NCBI RefSeq assembly: GCF_001194135.2
Contig: NC_069001.1
Coordinates: 38,191,251 to 38,250,421, forward strand
Source: Octopus bimaculoides
Lineage: Eukaryota
Length of the DNA stretch: 59,171 nucleotides
Direction: 5' to 3'
A program made the translations under genes and the position numbers. This document shows positions 56,190-59,171 of the stretch, piece after piece. Numbering within the stretch: the stretch's first letter is position 1; each line of letters opens with the position of its first letter. The notes below the pieces were generated by a model. That model was not told where the DNA came from. It made no database searches and saw only the letters and a program-made list of their open reading frames with translations.

Positions 56190-57571
56190 CTATATTAACC
56201 AAAATGAAGTAGATTGACAAATTTATTTTTTGAACCAGCTGAAGACACGCGAGATGTCGAAATATNNNNNNNNNNNNNNNNNNNNNNNNNNNNNNNNNNN
56301 NNNNNNNNNNNNNNNNNNNNNNNNNNNNNNNNNNNNNNNNNNNNNNNNNNNNNNNNNNNNNNNNNNNNNNNNNNNNNNNNNNNNNNNNNNNNNNNNNNNN
56401 NNNNNNNNNNNNNNNNNNNNNNNNNNNNNNNNNNNNNNNNNNNNNNNNNNNNNNNNNNNNNNNNNNNNNNNNNNNNNNNNNNNNNNNNNNNNNNNNNNNN
56501 NNNNNNNNNNNNNNNNNNNNNNNNNNNNNNNNNNNNNNNNNNNNNNNNNNNNNNNNNNNNNNNNNNNNNNNNNNNNNNNNNNNNNNNNNNNNNNNNNNNN
56601 NNNNNNNNNNNNNNNNNNNNNNNNNNNNNNNNNNNNNNNNNNNNNNNNNNNNNNNNNNNNNNNNNNNNNNNNNNNNNNNNNNNNNNNNNNNNNNNNNNNN
56701 NNNNNNNNNNNNNNNNNNNNNNNNNNNNNNNNNNNNNNNNNNNNNNNNNNNNNNNNNNNNNNNNNNNNNNNNNNNNNNNNNNNNNNNNNNNNNNNNNNNN
56801 NNNNNNNNNNNNNNNNNNNNNNNNNNNNNNNNNNNNNNNNNNNNNNNNNNNNNNNNNNNNNNNNNNNNNNNNNNNNNNNNNNNNNNNNNNNNNNNNNNNN
56901 NNNNNNNNNNNNNNNNNNNNNNNNNNNNNNNNNNNNNNNNNNNNNNNNNNNNNNNNNNNNNNNNNNNNNNNNNNNNNNNNNNNNNNNNNNNNNNNNNNNN
57001 NNNNNNNNNNNNNNNNNNNNNNNNNNNNNNNNNNNNNNNNNNNNNATATATATATATATATATATATACATACGTATATGCACATACATCTATACGCATA
57101 GATATGAAATAGACCATATATAGAATAGCAACAGCATAAGGAGCAAGTAAATTAGAATTATTAATCAGTTAGACTAGCCTCCGGGCGGTAGGGAGGCATC
57201 ATGTAAAGAGGGGCTGAGCTAAAGATTCTAGGAGGAGGTTGACGTAGAAGATAAAAATAAGCATACTTGCCTCGAACTAAATGGTATTCTGAACAACGCA
57301 AATGAGTGACGGAAGAAAAGGATTTCGCGATAAAAGAGAATAGAGAGGAAGGCGCGGAATGAGAAGCGACGGAATTATAGGATTGTAAATCAGCCGATTA
57401 CGATGGAGTTCAGGTTTAAAAGTCTATAAACTATAAGATAAATAACGAGGGCAGTGACAGCTATTTAAATGTATGTGTTTGTTGACAGTAAGCAGAATAA
57501 AGTGTATATTTACTGTAACAATGAGGAATTAATATTTAAAATGGTAAAGACAATTGTGTGTATGAGTGTAT

Positions 57572-57637
<66 letters not shown>

Positions 57638-57839
57638 CAAATTAAATGACGAGGGAACAATTTATTTAATTTCTAATTACGCTCTGTATCCAACTAACGC
57701 TTTATTCTGAAGTATGCTGAGTGCTAACATCAGGCTATTAACACAGCTATGCCGAAGCAAAATGTTAAAATATCGATGTATGTATGTATACATATATATA
57801 GATTACATACACATATATATGTATATATATATATGCATA

Positions 57840-57872
<33 letters not shown>

Positions 57873-58872
57873 GCGAGTAAAAATAAATACAAAAAAAGGT
57901 GGATTTTTTTGTATGATTGTGTATAGAGGAATATATTATTTTGCTTAAAAGAGTTCCAACACTGTCTGTTTTTTATGTTTTATTTATATTCCTGCAGAAC
58001 TAATGTGGGGTATAGAATATGGAATATACAATATATAATATAATATACAATATATAATATAAAATAAAATAAAAATGGATGGCACCATGAAATAAAGTAT
58101 TGAATGTAGATGAAATATTGAGTGTTCAATATAAAGGATCAAATATATAAATATATAAATATAAATATATNNNNNNNNNNNNNNNNNNNNNNNNNNNNNN
58201 NNNNNNNNNNNNNNNNNNNNNNNNNNNNNNNNNNNNNNNNNNNNNNNNNNNNNNNNNNNNNNNNNNNNNNNNNNNNNNNNNNNNNNNNNNNNNNNNNNNN
58301 NNNNNNNNNNNNNNNNNNNNNNNNNNNNNNNNNNNNNNNNNNNNNNNNNNNNNNNNNNNNNNNNNNNNNNNNNNNNNNNNNNNNNNNNNNNNNNNNNNNN
58401 NNNNNNNNNNNNNNNNNNNNNNNNNNNNNNNNNNNNNNNNNNNNNNNNNNNNNNNNNNNNNNNNNNNNNNNNNNNNNNNNNNNNNNNNNNNNNNNNNNNN
58501 NNNNNNNNNNNNNNNNNNNNNNNNNNNNNNNNNNNNNNNNNNNNNNNNNNNNNNNNNNNNNNNNNNNNNNNNNNNNNNNNNNNNNNNNNNNNNNNNNNNN
58601 NNNNNNNNNNNNACTGATAGAATTTGATAACGTAAACCGATAACGCTTTCCTTACTTCATCACCGCAATCTGACAACAACAACAACAACAACAACAACGG
58701 CAACGACACCAGTAAATATAACACCACCACCACCAGCAGCAGCAGCAGCAGCAGAAATAACAATAATCGTAGTTCACTTTTTATTTTTAATTCTCATTTC
58801 TCATTTTAGTTTAAATGACAATGTTGTTCCTACTACTACTACTACTACTACTGTTGCTGCTGCTGCTGCTCG

Positions 58873-59171
<299 letters not shown>

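Noticed and set aside
57960-58040. Strong acceptor TTTATATTCCTGCAG as the next mGluR exon
   Set aside because: The phase-1 reading hits a stop within about 14 codons and has no mGluR similarity.

Overview
Eukaryotic, AT-rich, microsatellite-saturated genomic DNA from a draft assembly (about 22 N-gaps, roughly 9.6 kb or 16% of the window by my count). The SINE families and repeat style resemble octopus (coleoid cephalopod) DNA; this is from recall, not a database search. Only one host protein-coding segment is well supported: a 233-bp + strand exon (54915-55147) of a group I (mGluR1/5-like) metabotropic glutamate receptor ligand-binding domain, with branch point, AG acceptor and GT donor. The rest appears to be intron (or partly intergenic DNA). 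It contains about 20 copies or fragments of two tRNA-derived SINE families, decayed LINE pieces (CR1/L2-like RT; two R4/Dong-like pieces), two mariner relics, a MITE-like inverted repeat and many simple repeats. Nearly all ORFs in the supplied track are microsatellite or N-gap artefacts. I cannot support a novel multi-gene system. The most interesting signals are non-coding RNA-level features. These are: (1) Penelope-type minimal hammerhead ribozyme motifs with palindromic stem III, one nearly intact at 47527-47571 (-) and one on the sense strand at 9526-9572; (2) a textbook recursive-splicing (AG|GTAAGT) motif plus a candidate 39-nt micro-exon at 939-1089; (3) several dsRNA-forming inverted repeats in the presumed pre-mRNA, which are candidate ADAR substrates; (4) two perfect GTCACGTGAC E-box palindromes in unique sequence.
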